A model generated the notes under the pieces. That model was not told the DNA's origin. It ran no database searches and was given only the letters and a program-made list of their open reading frames with translations. Source: Vitreimonas sp. (GTDB lineage Bacteria; Pseudomonadota; Alphaproteobacteria; Caulobacterales; Aquidulcibacteraceae). Taken from it: 64,000 bases of DNA. Positions within the stretch are counted from its first letter, which is position 1, and each line of letters begins with the position of its first letter. The stretch is from the NCBI RefSeq assembly GCF_035627415.1, contig NZ_DASPLU010000011.1, positions 24,877-88,876 on the forward strand, written 5' to 3'. A program made the translations under genes and the position numbers. Below, one piece after another: positions 1-9,808 of this stretch.

Positions 1-320
1 GACGCCAGCAGCGTCAGCAGCGACGAAAGATCCTCGCTCTCCCACTCGCCGGCCATGTAGCCTTCGGCGAAGCCGATATCGCCGCTCGTCAGAACGCGCT
101 TGGCGAAGCGATAATCGATGATCTTGAAGTCGACCGGCGGACTCGCGCCGTCGCCGAAGCTGAGCCGCCGCCCGTCGGGCAGCGTCACCAGCGCCGAACC
201 CTGGCGCAGCTGCAGCAGCGCCAACAACACGCCCTTGGCGCTCGCGGGCGCCGGGAGAGAGGCGATCAGAGACGGCGTGGCGCGCAGCGCGTCCGCCGGG
301 GGAGCGATCGTGTCCTGCAT
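1..320 (-). CDS. Cyclopropane-fatty-acyl-phospholipid synthase-like SAM methyltransferase, N-terminal fragment (gene runs off the window start)
   Basis: Not in the ORF track because it is open at the window edge. Manual reverse translation from ATG (cat at 318-320) gives MQDTIAPPADALRATPSLIAS...VDFKIIDYRFAKRVLTSGDIGFAEGYMAGEWESEDLSSLL. This resembles the conserved N-terminal segment of Cfa-type methyltransferases. Third codon positions are GC-rich. Confidence 0.5.
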   Translation of the reverse strand, partial: MQDTIAPPADALRATPSLIASLPAPASAKGVLLALLQLRQGSALVTLPDGRRLSFGDGASPPVDFKIIDYRFAKRVLTSGDIGFAEGYMAGEWESEDLSSLLTLLA

Positions 321-345
321 TCGAGCCAGTCTAACGTCCGCAGCT

Positions 346-354
346 TGTGGATAA
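346..354. promoter_or_regulatory. Single consensus DnaA-box 9-mer (TGTGGATAA = reverse complement of TTATCCACA)
   Basis: Exact 9-mer read directly in the 83-bp spacer between the cfa-like start (320) and the glycosyltransferase stop (404). Only one copy, so function is uncertain. Confidence 0.25.
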
Positions 355-403
355 AAGTACTGCCTTACCTACTTGAGACGCGCAGGCCGCTGGCGCGGTT
401 CCA

Positions 404-1192
404 CTAGCGCTCCTCGCGCGCCTCGCGATTGCGCAGATGGATTTCAAGCATCTTGGCATCTTTGAGCCAGCGTCCATGCGCGGCAATGGCGGCGACGGCG
501 ATCCCGTACCAGCCGGCCCGCCAGAGTCCGCGGCGCACATAATGGTTCAGGAAGTAGATCGGCCGCGCGAACAGCAGTCGCAGCGCCACTTGCCAGAACG
601 GCTTCAGCTTGGTGTCGCGCGCGCGGCCTGACGAGTTGCGGTTGAACTTGTCTTCGAGTTGGGCCAGGTCGCGGAAAGAATAGTGCAGCAGCGGCGCCGC
701 AAGCTTCGTCACGCGCATGGCGGAAGGCACTTTGAACTGGTCCCAATTCGGGTGATCGGGCTGGCGGATGACGCGCCTGTCGTAGAGCTTTCGCCGGTCA
801 ACCAGATTGTACGTCCACCACACTTCGCCGACGGGCGGGGAAGTCGCCATATTCATCTCGAACACCGGGGTCGTCGGCTCGCCGTTCGCGAAGTGAGTGC
901 GGATTTCGTCGGCCAGTTCGGGCGTCACCACCTCGTCGGCGTCAAGATCGAGCAGCCAATCGTGCACGCACGCATCCTCGCCGATGCGCTTCTGCTTGCC
1001 TCCGCCCAGCCAAGGCGCACGCACCACGCGCGCGCCCAAGCTTTCGGCGATCTCGATCGTCTTGTCGGTGGAGCCTGAATCGATCAGCACGACCTCGGAT
1101 ACGACCTGCTGCGCAGCCCGGATCACTTCGCCGATCATCCGCTCTTCGTTCTTGGTGCGGATGTAGCAGGAGATGGGGGCAAGCTGGGTCAT
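404..1192 (-). CDS. Family-2 glycosyltransferase
   Basis: ORF 404..1228. I prefer the ATG at 1192 (MTQLAPISCYIRTKNEE...). Motifs VLIDSGSTDKT and DLDADE (DxD) are typical of GT2 enzymes. Confidence 0.8.
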   Translation of the reverse strand: MTQLAPISCYIRTKNEERMIGEVIRAAQQVVSEVVLIDSGSTDKTIEIAESLGARVVRAPWLGGGKQKRIGEDACVHDWLLDLDADEVVTPELADEIRTHFANGEPTTPVFEMNMATSPPVGEVWWTYNLVDRRKLYDRRVIRQPDHPNWDQFKVPSAMRVTKLAAPLLHYSFRDLAQLEDKFNRNSSGRARDTKLKPFWQVALRLLFARPIYFLNHYVRRGLWRAGWYGIAVAAIAAHGRWLKDAKMLEIHLRNREAREER

Positions 1193-1297
1193 CTGGGCGG
1201 AGAAAGCCCGCGCGCTGGAGAAATGCAAGCGCGGTGACGGCGGTCACCGCCTGCGCGCCGCCTTCGCGCCAGTATTGGCGCCAGAGACGGAGTTCGA

Positions 1298-2026
1298 ATG
1301 GTGTCCAATCGGCTTATCCCTGAACGGCTCACGCAAGCTGACCTTTCAGCCCTCATCAAGCTCAACGAGAGCGTTATATCGTCCGCGCCGCCCGGCTACA
1401 TCCGCCCGAAATCCGAGGCTGATCTCGCCGCCATCGTGACCGGCGGCTCGGGCGCTGCGTTCTGCATACGAAGCCAGGGTGAGCTCGTCGCCGCCGCCTT
1501 GCTCACCTATCCGCCGCCGCAAGTCGCGGGCCTGCCGCTGTTTCCGCGCGTGCCGCCCGAGCAATGGCTGGACGGCGCCGCCTTCTTCGACGGCGCGGTC
1601 GTCCGCCCCGACATGCGCGGGCAGGGGCTTCAGCGCGCTTTGTTCGACACGCGGCTCGCCTATGCGCGCACGCAGGGACGGCGCTGGTTCTGCGCCGGCG
1701 TGCATGCCGGCAATGTCGTCAGTTGGTCGAACCTGATCCGCAAGCGCCTAGCGATCGTCGGCATGGCTTTCTTCTACGGCTATCCGCTCTTCGCGCTCTT
1801 GCGCGCCGAGGACGCGGACGCCGTCGCCACAGACGGGCCGTCGAGACTGGTCGATCCCTACGACCTCGCAGGCCATGAGCGCGCGCTCGGCGCCGGCATG
1901 CTGGGCGTCGATCTGCTGGATGGCCAGATTGTCTATCGCCGCGCTGTGCGAGCGGACACGATCGGCCAGTCCGTCATTCGCAACGTGGCTCATCCCGAAC
2001 GCGCCAGCTCCGCGGCTTCTGCGTAG
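1298..2026 (+). CDS. GNAT-type N-acetyltransferase (tentative)
   Basis: 242-aa ORF with an ATG start and GC-rich third positions. RGQGLQRALF fits the acetyl-CoA-binding R/Q-x-x-G-x-G/A motif. The 3' end overlaps the recG 3' end by 37 nt. Confidence 0.6.
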   Translation: MVSNRLIPERLTQADLSALIKLNESVISSAPPGYIRPKSEADLAAIVTGGSGAAFCIRSQGELVAAALLTYPPPQVAGLPLFPRVPPEQWLDGAAFFDGAVVRPDMRGQGLQRALFDTRLAYARTQGRRWFCAGVHAGNVVSWSNLIRKRLAIVGMAFFYGYPLFALLRAEDADAVATDGPSRLVDPYDLAGHERALGAGMLGVDLLDGQIVYRRAVRADTIGQSVIRNVAHPERASSAASA

Positions 2027-4104
2027 CCGAACAAGGAGAGCGCGAGGCGAATGGCTTGGCCGCGTTCGCTCGCGAGGTCGGAATCGCGCTCTACGGCGAG
2101 CCGCGCTTCTTTGTCCGCCGCGCCGAGCATGTTCGCATGCGCCTCCGGACTCACCAGCCGAAACGGCGGCAGACCCGATTGCTGCGTGCCGAGCATGTCG
2201 CCGGCGCCGCGAAGGCGGAAGTCGATCTCGGCGATGGCGAAGCCGTCGTCGTTGCGGCGCAGCGCATCGAGCCGCTCCTTGGCCTGTTCGCCGAGCGGCG
2301 GCTTCCACAGCAGCACGCACGAGCCGCGTTTATCGCCGCGGCCGACGCGGCCGCGCAATTGATGCAGCTGTGCAAGGCCGAAACGCTCGGCGTTCTCGAT
2401 CACCATGATCGTCGCTTCCGGCACATTGACGCCGACTTCGATCACGGTGGTCGCCACCATCAGGAACGACTCGCCGGTGCGGAAACGCTCCATTGCCGCG
2501 TCGCGGGCGGCGGCCGACATCTGCCCGTGCACGATCTCGACGCCTTTGCCGAAATACGCCTGTAACTCCTTGTGCCGGTCGATCACCGCCGGCAAATCGA
2601 TCGCCTCGCTCTCCTCGATCAGCGGACAGACCCAATAGGCGCGCTCGCCGCGCATGCGCGCGTCAGCGATGCCTTGGATCACCTCGTCAAGCCGCGTCGT
2701 CGGCATCGCCGCCGTCGCGATCGGCTGACGCCCCGGCGGTTTTTCGTCAAGCACCGACAAATCCATGTCGCCATGAATGGAGAGCGCAAGCGTGCGCGGA
2801 ATCGGTGTTGCGCTCATCACCAGCACGTGTGGCGCAAAGCCCTTCGACACCATGCGCATCCGGTCGGACACGCCGAACCGATGCTGTTCGTCGATGACGA
2901 TCAAGCCGAGATCATGGAAGCGCACATCTTCTTGAAACAAGGCGTGCGTGCCGACGACGACCGCGATTTCGCCGCTCGCCAGCCGATCCAGGATCGCACG
3001 CCGGTCTTTGGCCTTGTCGCGCCCGGTCAGCACCGCCATCGAAACGCCAGCAGCTTCCAACAGCGGCTGCAGCGTCGCTCCATGCTGGCGTGACAGAATA
3101 TCAGTCGGCGCCATCAGCGCGCTTTGCAGGCCCGCCTCGGCCGCGCGCGCCATCGCCAGCGCCGCCACCAGCGTCTTGCCAGAGCCGACGTCGCCCTGCA
3201 GCAGGCGCAGCATCGGCGCGGGCTCGGCCATGTCGCCATAGATCTCGCTGACCGCGCGCGTCTGCGCTCCCGTGGGCGCGTAAGGAAGGCTGGCGAGCAG
3301 CAGCTTGGTGAAGCGCTCGTCGCCGACCACCGCGCGGCCTGGCTCCTTGCGCCGATGCGCCCGCCGCAGGCGCAGCGCGCACTGGCGCGCGAACAGTTCG
3401 TCGTAGGCGAGCCGCGTGCGGAACGGGCTCTCGGGCGCCACGTCCTCGGGCGAGGCGGGCCGATGGATGTGTTCGAGCGCGGTGCGGAAATCGGGCCAGT
3501 CGCGCGCCTTCACGGTCGAAGTTTCGAGCCATTCCGGCGCTTCCGGCAAGGCGTCGAGCGCGCCGAGAATCGCCCGCGACAGCATTCGTCCGGACAGCCC
3601 TTGCGTCATCGGATAGACAGGTTCGACCGCGGGCGGCGCTTCGCCTTTCGTCGGGTCGACGACGTAATCGGGATGCAGCATTTGCCGCATGCCCTCATAA
3701 AAAGTGATCTTGCCGCTGATCAGGCGCTTTTGGCCGACCGGCCACATGCGCATCAGCATGTCTTCATGGCCGCGGAAATAGGTGATCGAGAGAAAGCCGG
3801 TTTCGTCGCGGAGGCGAACCCGATGCGGCAGGACTTTCTGACCGATCCTTTTCGCGGGCATGTGCCCGTCGACTTCCGCCTCGATGGTGGCGATGTCGCC
3901 TTCATTGGTTTCAGCGATCGGCACGCGCAGGCGCCGATCGATGGCGCCGTTCGGCGGTAGGAAGGTGAGGTCGCGCACCAGGCGCCCGCCTGCAACCTTG
4001 GCGATCAGGTCCATCGTGTCCTTGCGCGCGCCTTTGGGGGGGCGCGCTGGCACGAGGAACAGGTCGGCGAGGCGATCTGCGGAGGAGGGCGGGGCGTCGT
4101 TCAT
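1990..4104 (-). CDS. recG: ATP-dependent DNA helicase RecG
   Basis: SF2 helicase motifs GDVGSGKT, DEQHRFG, SATPIPRT and QLHQLRGRVGRG. Start moved to ATG 4104 (MNDAPP...) because the 824-aa ORF would swallow the divergent sdhE gene. Confidence 0.95.
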   Translation of the reverse strand: MNDAPPSSADRLADLFLVPARPPKGARKDTMDLIAKVAGGRLVRDLTFLPPNGAIDRRLRVPIAETNEGDIATIEAEVDGHMPAKRIGQKVLPHRVRLRDETGFLSITYFRGHEDMLMRMWPVGQKRLISGKITFYEGMRQMLHPDYVVDPTKGEAPPAVEPVYPMTQGLSGRMLSRAILGALDALPEAPEWLETSTVKARDWPDFRTALEHIHRPASPEDVAPESPFRTRLAYDELFARQCALRLRRAHRRKEPGRAVVGDERFTKLLLASLPYAPTGAQTRAVSEIYGDMAEPAPMLRLLQGDVGSGKTLVAALAMARAAEAGLQSALMAPTDILSRQHGATLQPLLEAAGVSMAVLTGRDKAKDRRAILDRLASGEIAVVVGTHALFQEDVRFHDLGLIVIDEQHRFGVSDRMRMVSKGFAPHVLVMSATPIPRTLALSIHGDMDLSVLDEKPPGRQPIATAAMPTTRLDEVIQGIADARMRGERAYWVCPLIEESEAIDLPAVIDRHKELQAYFGKGVEIVHGQMSAAARDAAMERFRTGESFLMVATTVIEVGVNVPEATIMVIENAERFGLAQLHQLRGRVGRGDKRGSCVLLWKPPLGEQAKERLDALRRNDDGFAIAEIDFRLRGAGDMLGTQQSGLPPFRLVSPEAHANMLGAADKEARLAVERDSDLASERGQAIRLALSLFGYAEAAELARSG

Positions 4105-4185
4105 GCGGGCTCTGGCGGCGCTGACAGCGCCGCCCATATGGGTTATAGCGCGGCCCCCTCCGCCTTTGCCTAGTTCCCCGGACCG

Positions 4186-4443
4186 ATGGACGACCGCCGC
4201 AAGAAGCTGAAATTCCGCGCCTGGCGGCGGGGCTTCAGGGAGATCGACTTGATTCTGGGCGGTTTCGCCGACCGGAGGCTCGCCGATCTCGCGGAGGCCG
4301 AGGTCGACGATTTCGAGCGCCTCTTGGACGCGCCGGACCAGGACGTGTTCGCCTGGATCACCGGCCAGGCGCCTGCGCCGGCCCAATACGACACCCCAAC
4401 CCTCGCGCTGATTCGCGCGTTTCGCTTTGAACTGAACCAATAG
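4186..4443 (+). CDS. sdhE: FAD assembly factor SdhE (DUF339 / SDHAF2 family)
   Basis: 85 aa. KLKFRAWRRGFREIDLILGGF...DQDVFAWITG is typical of the SdhE family. It sits directly upstream of mfd, the conserved alphaproteobacterial position. Confidence 0.85.
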   Translation: MDDRRKKLKFRAWRRGFREIDLILGGFADRRLADLAEAEVDDFERLLDAPDQDVFAWITGQAPAPAQYDTPTLALIRAFRFELNQ

Positions 4444-4448
4444 GCTTG

Positions 4449-7400
4449 ATGAAAGACCCGGCACTCAACCCGCGCCTCGTGGATACGCTGGCGAAGTCGA
4501 AGGACGCGCTCATCGTGTCCGGCGCGCCTGAAGGCGTGGACGCCGCGGTGCTGGCGGAAACCGCGCAGGCGCGCGGCGGCGTGACGCTGTTCGTCGCCCG
4601 CGACGAGACACGGGCGTCGCAATTTGAGGCGGCGGCGCAATTCTTCGCGCCCGAGTCGGCGACGCTTCGGCTGCCGGCGTGGGATACGCTACCCTATGAC
4701 CGCATCTCGCCCGCCGCCGCAGTGGCCGCGCAACGTTGCGCGGCGCTGACCCAGCTGGCGCGGCGCGGGGAGAAGGACGCGCCGCTGCTCGTGGTGGCGA
4801 CCGCCTCGGCCGTGGCTCAGCGGGTGCCGCCGCGCAAGCGCATGGCGGAAGGCGCGTTCCCGGCGAAGGCCGGCAGCGACGCTTCGATGCAGGAGCTCGA
4901 ATCGTATCTCGTCGTCAATGGCTATGCGCGCGCGTCGACGGTGCGCGCGCCGGGCGAGTTCGCGGTGCGCGGCGGCCTGATCGACGTGTTCACGCCGGGC
5001 GCGGCCGAGCCGCTACGGTTCGACTTCTTCGGCGACACGCTCGAAACCATCCGCAGCTTCGATCCTGATACCCAGATTTCGAAAGCCAAGCTCGCCGCGG
5101 CGCTGTTGACGCCGGTGAGCGAGGTGCTGCTGGACGATCTCACCGTCTTGCAGTTCCGCCGCCGCTTCAATCAAGCCTACGGTGCGGTCAACGATCCGCT
5201 CTATGACAGCGTCAGCGCGCGCATCCGCCGGCAAGGCGTCGAACAATTCCTGCCGTTCTTCTACGAACGCCTAGAAACCGTGTTCGACTATGCCGGCGAG
5301 AACGCGCTGATCGCCTTCGACGCGCTGGCCGAAGAGGCGCTGAAGGACCGCGTCGCCACAGCGGTCGACCACTACGAGTCGCGCAAGACCGCGCCGATCC
5401 CACGCGGCGGGGCGCCATTCCGCGCGCCCGAACCGGAGCTGCTTTACCTCAATGACGACGCGCTGGAGGCCGCGCTGGGCGCGCGTCCCGTGCGCCGCTT
5501 CACCCATTTCGACACGGACGCGAAGAAGCAGCTCGATTTGGGCGCCCGGCTCGGCCGCGACTTCGCGCCGGAGCGGCAAACCGCGGACGCCAACGTGTTC
5601 GACGCCGCCGCAAAGCACATCGAAACGCTGACGAAGGGAAAGAAGCGCGTGCTCGTCGCCGCCTGGACCGAAGGGTCGGCCGAGCGGCTGCTAGGCGTGC
5701 TGAACGACCACGGCGTCTCGCCGGTGGTGCGCATTCTCTCCTGGCGGGAAGCCACGCAGCTGCCGAAGGGCGTGCACGGCCTTGTCGTGCTGCCTGTCGA
5801 ACACGGCTTCGAGACGGACGCGTTCGCGCTAATCGCAGAGCAGGACATTCTCGGCGATCGCCTCGCCCGGCCGCGTAAGCGCCGCAAGGCCGCGAGCGTC
5901 ATCGCCGAAGCGGGCTCCCTGAGCCCCGGCGATCTCATCGTCCACCAGGACCACGGCGTCGGCCGCTACGAGGGCCTAAAGACGCTCGACGCAGCCGGCG
6001 CGCCGCACGATTGCCTCGATCTCACCTATTCCGGCGGCGACAAGCTCTATCTGCCGGTCGAGAATATTGAACTCGTCAGCCGCTATGGCGCCGAAGACGC
6101 CGAAGCGCAGCTCGACAAGCTCGGCGGCGTCGCCTGGCAGAGCCGCAAAGCCCGCGCCAAGCAGCGCCTGCGCGACATGGCCGAGGAGTTGTTGCGCATC
6201 GCTGCGATGCGCGCCACCCGCACGGCCGAGCCAGTCTCGCCGCCGGAGGGACTGTGGGACGAGTTCTGCGCGCGCTTCCCGTACGAAGAGACCGAAGACC
6301 AACTCGCCGCGATCGACGATGTCATGGGCGATCTCGCCGCAGGCAAGCCGATGGACCGGCTCATCTGCGGCGATGTTGGCTTCGGCAAGACCGAAGTGGC
6401 GCTGCGCGCTGCGTTTCTGGTCGCCATGAGCGGCCAGCAAGTCGCGGTGATCGCGCCGACGACGTTGCTGTGTCGCCAGCACTTCCGCACCTTCAGCGAG
6501 CGTTTCCGCGGTCTGCCCGTGCGCGTGCGCCAGCTTTCGCGACTCGTCACTACGAAGGAGGCGAACGAAACCAAGGCCGGCCTCACCGACGGCACTGTTG
6601 AGATCGTCGTCGGCACCCACGCCCTCCTGTCGAAGACGGTTCAGTTCGCCAATCTGGGCCTGATGATCATCGACGAAGAGCAGCACTTCGGCGTGAAGCA
6701 CAAAGAGCGGCTGAAGGATCTCCGCTCCGAAGTGCACGCTTTGACGCTCTCGGCGACGCCGATTCCGCGCACGCTGCAGCTTGCGCTCGCCGGCGTGCGG
6801 GAGATGAGCCTCATCACGACGCCGCCGATCGACCGCATGGCCGTGCGCACCTACGTGACGGCGTTCGACGCCGTGACCGTCCGCGAAGCGCTGCTGCGCG
6901 AGAAATATCGCGGCGGTCAGAGTTTTTTCGTCACGCCGCGCATCTCCGATTTGGACGAAGCGGCGGAATTCCTGCGGCGCAACGTGCCGGAAGTGACGTT
7001 CGCGATGGCGCACGGTCAAATGGCCGCCGGCGCGCTCGATGAGATCATGACGCGCTTCTATGACGGCGAGTTCGACATTCTCTTGTCGACCACGATCGTC
7101 GAATCCGGGCTCGATATCCCGCGCGCCAACACGCTGATCGTCTTCCGCGCCGACATGTTCGGCCTGGCGCAGCTCTACCAGCTGCGCGGCCGCGTGGGCC
7201 GCTCGAAGCTGCGCGCGTACGCTTACCTCACCACCGCCGCCGAACAGGCCCTCACCGCCAGCGCCGAGAAGCGGCTCAAAATCCTGTCGTCGCTCGACAA
7301 TCTGGGCGCCGGCTTTCAGCTCGCCAGCCACGACCTCGACATGCGCGGCGGCGGCAATCTCTTGGGCGAAGAGCAATCGGGCCACATCCGCGAAGTCGGC

Positions 7401-7943
7401 GTGGAGCTTTACCAGTCGATGCTCGAAGAAGCGGTCGAGAATCTGCGCGCCGGCCGCGGCGAGGATGCCGTGAGCGAGAAGTCGTGGTCGCCGCAGATCA
7501 ATGTCGGCGCCTCGGTGCTGATCCCGGAGGAGTACGTCACCGACCTCAACGTGCGGCTCTCGCTCTATCGCCGCCTCGCCGATCTCGAAACCGATCAGGA
7601 ACGCGAAGCCTTCGCCGCCGAGCTGATCGATCGCTTCGGCCCGCTGCCGGCGGAAGTGGACCAGTTGATCGCGGTCGCCTCGCTCAAGTCAATGTGCCGG
7701 CGCTGCCAGATTTCTAAGCTCGACGCCGGCCCCAAAGGCGCTGTGATGACGTTCCGCGACGGCGGCTTCCCAGATCCGATGGCGCTGGTGCGCCACGTTC
7801 AGGAGCGCCCCGACGATTTCCGCATGCGCCCCGACGGCAAGCTCGTCGTCACCGCCGCCTGGCCCGAAGCGACGCAGCGCCTAAAAGCGCTCCGCGGCGT
7901 GCTCGAAGCACTGAGCCGCATCGCCATGCGCAAGGCGGCTTGA
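4449..7943 (+). CDS. mfd: Transcription-repair coupling factor Mfd
   Basis: 1165-aa ORF (TTG 4446; adjacent ATG 4449 preferred). CarD-like segment GDLIVHQDHGVGRY; helicase motifs GDVGFGKTE, DEEQHFG, LSATPIPRT, QLRGRVGRS. Confidence 0.97.
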   Translation: MKDPALNPRLVDTLAKSKDALIVSGAPEGVDAAVLAETAQARGGVTLFVARDETRASQFEAAAQFFAPESATLRLPAWDTLPYDRISPAAAVAAQRCAALTQLARRGEKDAPLLVVATASAVAQRVPPRKRMAEGAFPAKAGSDASMQELESYLVVNGYARASTVRAPGEFAVRGGLIDVFTPGAAEPLRFDFFGDTLETIRSFDPDTQISKAKLAAALLTPVSEVLLDDLTVLQFRRRFNQAYGAVNDPLYDSVSARIRRQGVEQFLPFFYERLETVFDYAGENALIAFDALAEEALKDRVATAVDHYESRKTAPIPRGGAPFRAPEPELLYLNDDALEAALGARPVRRFTHFDTDAKKQLDLGARLGRDFAPERQTADANVFDAAAKHIETLTKGKKRVLVAAWTEGSAERLLGVLNDHGVSPVVRILSWREATQLPKGVHGLVVLPVEHGFETDAFALIAEQDILGDRLARPRKRRKAASVIAEAGSLSPGDLIVHQDHGVGRYEGLKTLDAAGAPHDCLDLTYSGGDKLYLPVENIELVSRYGAEDAEAQLDKLGGVAWQSRKARAKQRLRDMAEELLRIAAMRATRTAEPVSPPEGLWDEFCARFPYEETEDQLAAIDDVMGDLAAGKPMDRLICGDVGFGKTEVALRAAFLVAMSGQQVAVIAPTTLLCRQHFRTFSERFRGLPVRVRQLSRLVTTKEANETKAGLTDGTVEIVVGTHALLSKTVQFANLGLMIIDEEQHFGVKHKERLKDLRSEVHALTLSATPIPRTLQLALAGVREMSLITTPPIDRMAVRTYVTAFDAVTVREALLREKYRGGQSFFVTPRISDLDEAAEFLRRNVPEVTFAMAHGQMAAGALDEIMTRFYDGEFDILLSTTIVESGLDIPRANTLIVFRADMFGLAQLYQLRGRVGRSKLRAYAYLTTAAEQALTASAEKRLKILSSLDNLGAGFQLASHDLDMRGGGNLLGEEQSGHIREVGVELYQSMLEEAVENLRAGRGEDAVSEKSWSPQINVGASVLIPEEYVTDLNVRLSLYRRLADLETDQEREAFAAELIDRFGPLPAEVDQLIAVASLKSMCRRCQISKLDAGPKGAVMTFRDGGFPDPMALVRHVQERPDDFRMRPDGKLVVTAAWPEATQRLKALRGVLEALSRIAMRKAA

Positions 7944-7945
7944 GA

Positions 7946-9808
7946 CTATGCGTCTGTCTTGTCGTCGAGCTCTTCGCGCATCCTGAACACGGGACCCAGC
8001 GTTCGGTACTCGAACTTGCCGTAGCTCGGCGTGAGAAACGCGTGCTCGCGCCGGATCGTCAGTGCGTCCGAGGCCCCATCGGTGATGACGAGGATGGGCG
8101 CGGCGCTGGGAAAGTCCGGCGCTGTTTCAAGCAACCGAATGCCCGGCATGAGCACTGTGCCGCCGCGGCCGCGTATCTCGAAGGTCTCCAGCAAGTCATC
8201 GGGAGTGACATATCCGCTGTCGTGCGCGTAAGCGTCACACTGGATCAGGCGGACAGCGCGCACTTCGCGTGACAGCGCATAGGCGCGGATGGCGCCGAGG
8301 GCGCGCGCCAGAATCACGCGATCCATAGAACCGGACGAGTCTAGCAAGACGCCGAACGTTCGGTCGGGGCTGCGCTCGAGCGGCGGCGCACGGCCCGGAC
8401 GCGGAATGTCCGGAGAAGATTCCTGCCGGCGGCTTGCCCGAGCGTAAGTTCGCCGGACTTCCACTGGCTCGAAGAAGGAGTCGAGCCAGTCCCCGAGCGC
8501 GACATCCCAAGGGATGACGGGATGATCGAGCGCCTTGATCTCCTCGATCAGCCCACCGGGCAGAAGGCCGCGGCCGCTCGTCTGGTGAAGTTCGAGACCG
8601 GCTTGCAACGCCCGCCGATAAAACGCGTCGAGATCGGCGCCGCCGCGCCGCCACCATTGCTCAGGCTTGTCACCGAGTACGTCGGGTCCACCTTCGACCC
8701 AGCCGCGCAGCTTCTTGACTTTTCGCAGCACGCGCAGGTCGCTCGTGATCCGGTCGTAAATTTCCTCCGCCGACGCGCCCTTCAGCTCGGGGTCAAATAG
8801 AAATCCGATCTTTTCCGGCGGTGCGCCGACGCCCATCTCCAGCAGCCAGCCGTTGATGACGAAGTCGCATGCGACATTCCAAAGCCAAGGATCGCGCCCT
8901 TGGCGACGCATTTCGTGGCGAAGCCCGACGTGCAGAATCTCGTGCGCCATGACGAAGCGCATTTCGTCGCCGTGCAAACCCGCCTTCGGATTGACGTAGA
9001 TTTCCTGCATCTCGCTTTGCACCGCAGCAACGCGCACCGCGAGCCGATCGCAAGCGGCGGGGTCTTCGATGATGCTGAAGCCTGACGCCAACGAAGCGAG
9101 CAGAGGATAGTTCGAGACAAACCACGCACGGCATCGCTCCGCCTCGCTGTCCTTTCGCGCAGTTTGCGCATGGCTGATCCCGGCGCCTTGAACGGCGCCT
9201 GTGGCGGCTGCTCGAACGCCATCGGCGAATGCCCGCGAAGCGTCGCGGCGCATCTGGGCCGTGAGCTTGTCGAAGTTGCAAGACCAAAACGGCTTTGCAT
9301 GAGCGCCCAATCCAAGCGCGAGGAACTCGTCCGGGATTCTCTCGCGCAGCCGCGCCGAGAGGGCGTTTTCGTCCGTAAGCTTGTAGCCTTGCGGCAGCGG
9401 CGGCAGCCACGCGGGGCGCGACCCCAAGCCAGCATTGATCAAAAGCGCCTCTGCAACCGCCCAGCAAGCCGCCGACCATTCGATATCGTTCCGTTCTGGG
9501 TCGATGTGATTGAGCGCTGCATGGAGCCGAATACGTGCGATCGCCCAGGGCCAATCGCCAGGTTCGGAGTCGCGCTCCAAATTCGGTCGGACGACGAGGG
9601 ACAGACTCTCCGGATACCAGCGCGACGCCGGCGTCAACTCGTAAGCGATGCTCAGAAGCGCGTCGGGCGGAACCGGCGGGCAACGCTGTTGGAGAAAGTC
9701 GAAGGATACTTCCGGCAAAGCCGAAAGCAGCGGATGCGGCGTGGCCGTCTTCAAACCTTCTTGTATCGCCTCGATCCGCGCCTCGCGTTTGGAGCTGCGC
9801 CGTGTCAT
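7946..9808 (-). CDS. Large HExxH-zincin + VWA (MIDAS) protein, DUF2201-like, with an unassigned ~250-aa N-terminal region
   Basis: ORF 7946..9862. Start set at ATG 9808 (MTRRSSK...), which overlaps the upstream stop as TGATG. Motifs: FVMAHEILHVGLRHE...CDFVINGWL (HExxH), LLDSSGSM (DxSxS MIDAS), GGT and VITDG (VWA). Confidence 0.85.
   Translation of the reverse strand: MTRRSSKREARIEAIQEGLKTATPHPLLSALPEVSFDFLQQRCPPVPPDALLSIAYELTPASRWYPESLSLVVRPNLERDSEPGDWPWAIARIRLHAALNHIDPERNDIEWSAACWAVAEALLINAGLGSRPAWLPPLPQGYKLTDENALSARLRERIPDEFLALGLGAHAKPFWSCNFDKLTAQMRRDASRAFADGVRAAATGAVQGAGISHAQTARKDSEAERCRAWFVSNYPLLASLASGFSIIEDPAACDRLAVRVAAVQSEMQEIYVNPKAGLHGDEMRFVMAHEILHVGLRHEMRRQGRDPWLWNVACDFVINGWLLEMGVGAPPEKIGFLFDPELKGASAEEIYDRITSDLRVLRKVKKLRGWVEGGPDVLGDKPEQWWRRGGADLDAFYRRALQAGLELHQTSGRGLLPGGLIEEIKALDHPVIPWDVALGDWLDSFFEPVEVRRTYARASRRQESSPDIPRPGRAPPLERSPDRTFGVLLDSSGSMDRVILARALGAIRAYALSREVRAVRLIQCDAYAHDSGYVTPDDLLETFEIRGRGGTVLMPGIRLLETAPDFPSAAPILVITDGASDALTIRREHAFLTPSYGKFEYRTLGPVFRMREELDDKTDA

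Noticed and set aside
4105-4464. 120-codon N-terminal extension of the recG ORF
   Set aside because: It would completely overlap the divergent, well-conserved sdhE gene. The extension has no RecG similarity, and the ATG at 4104 gives a typical ~705-aa RecG.
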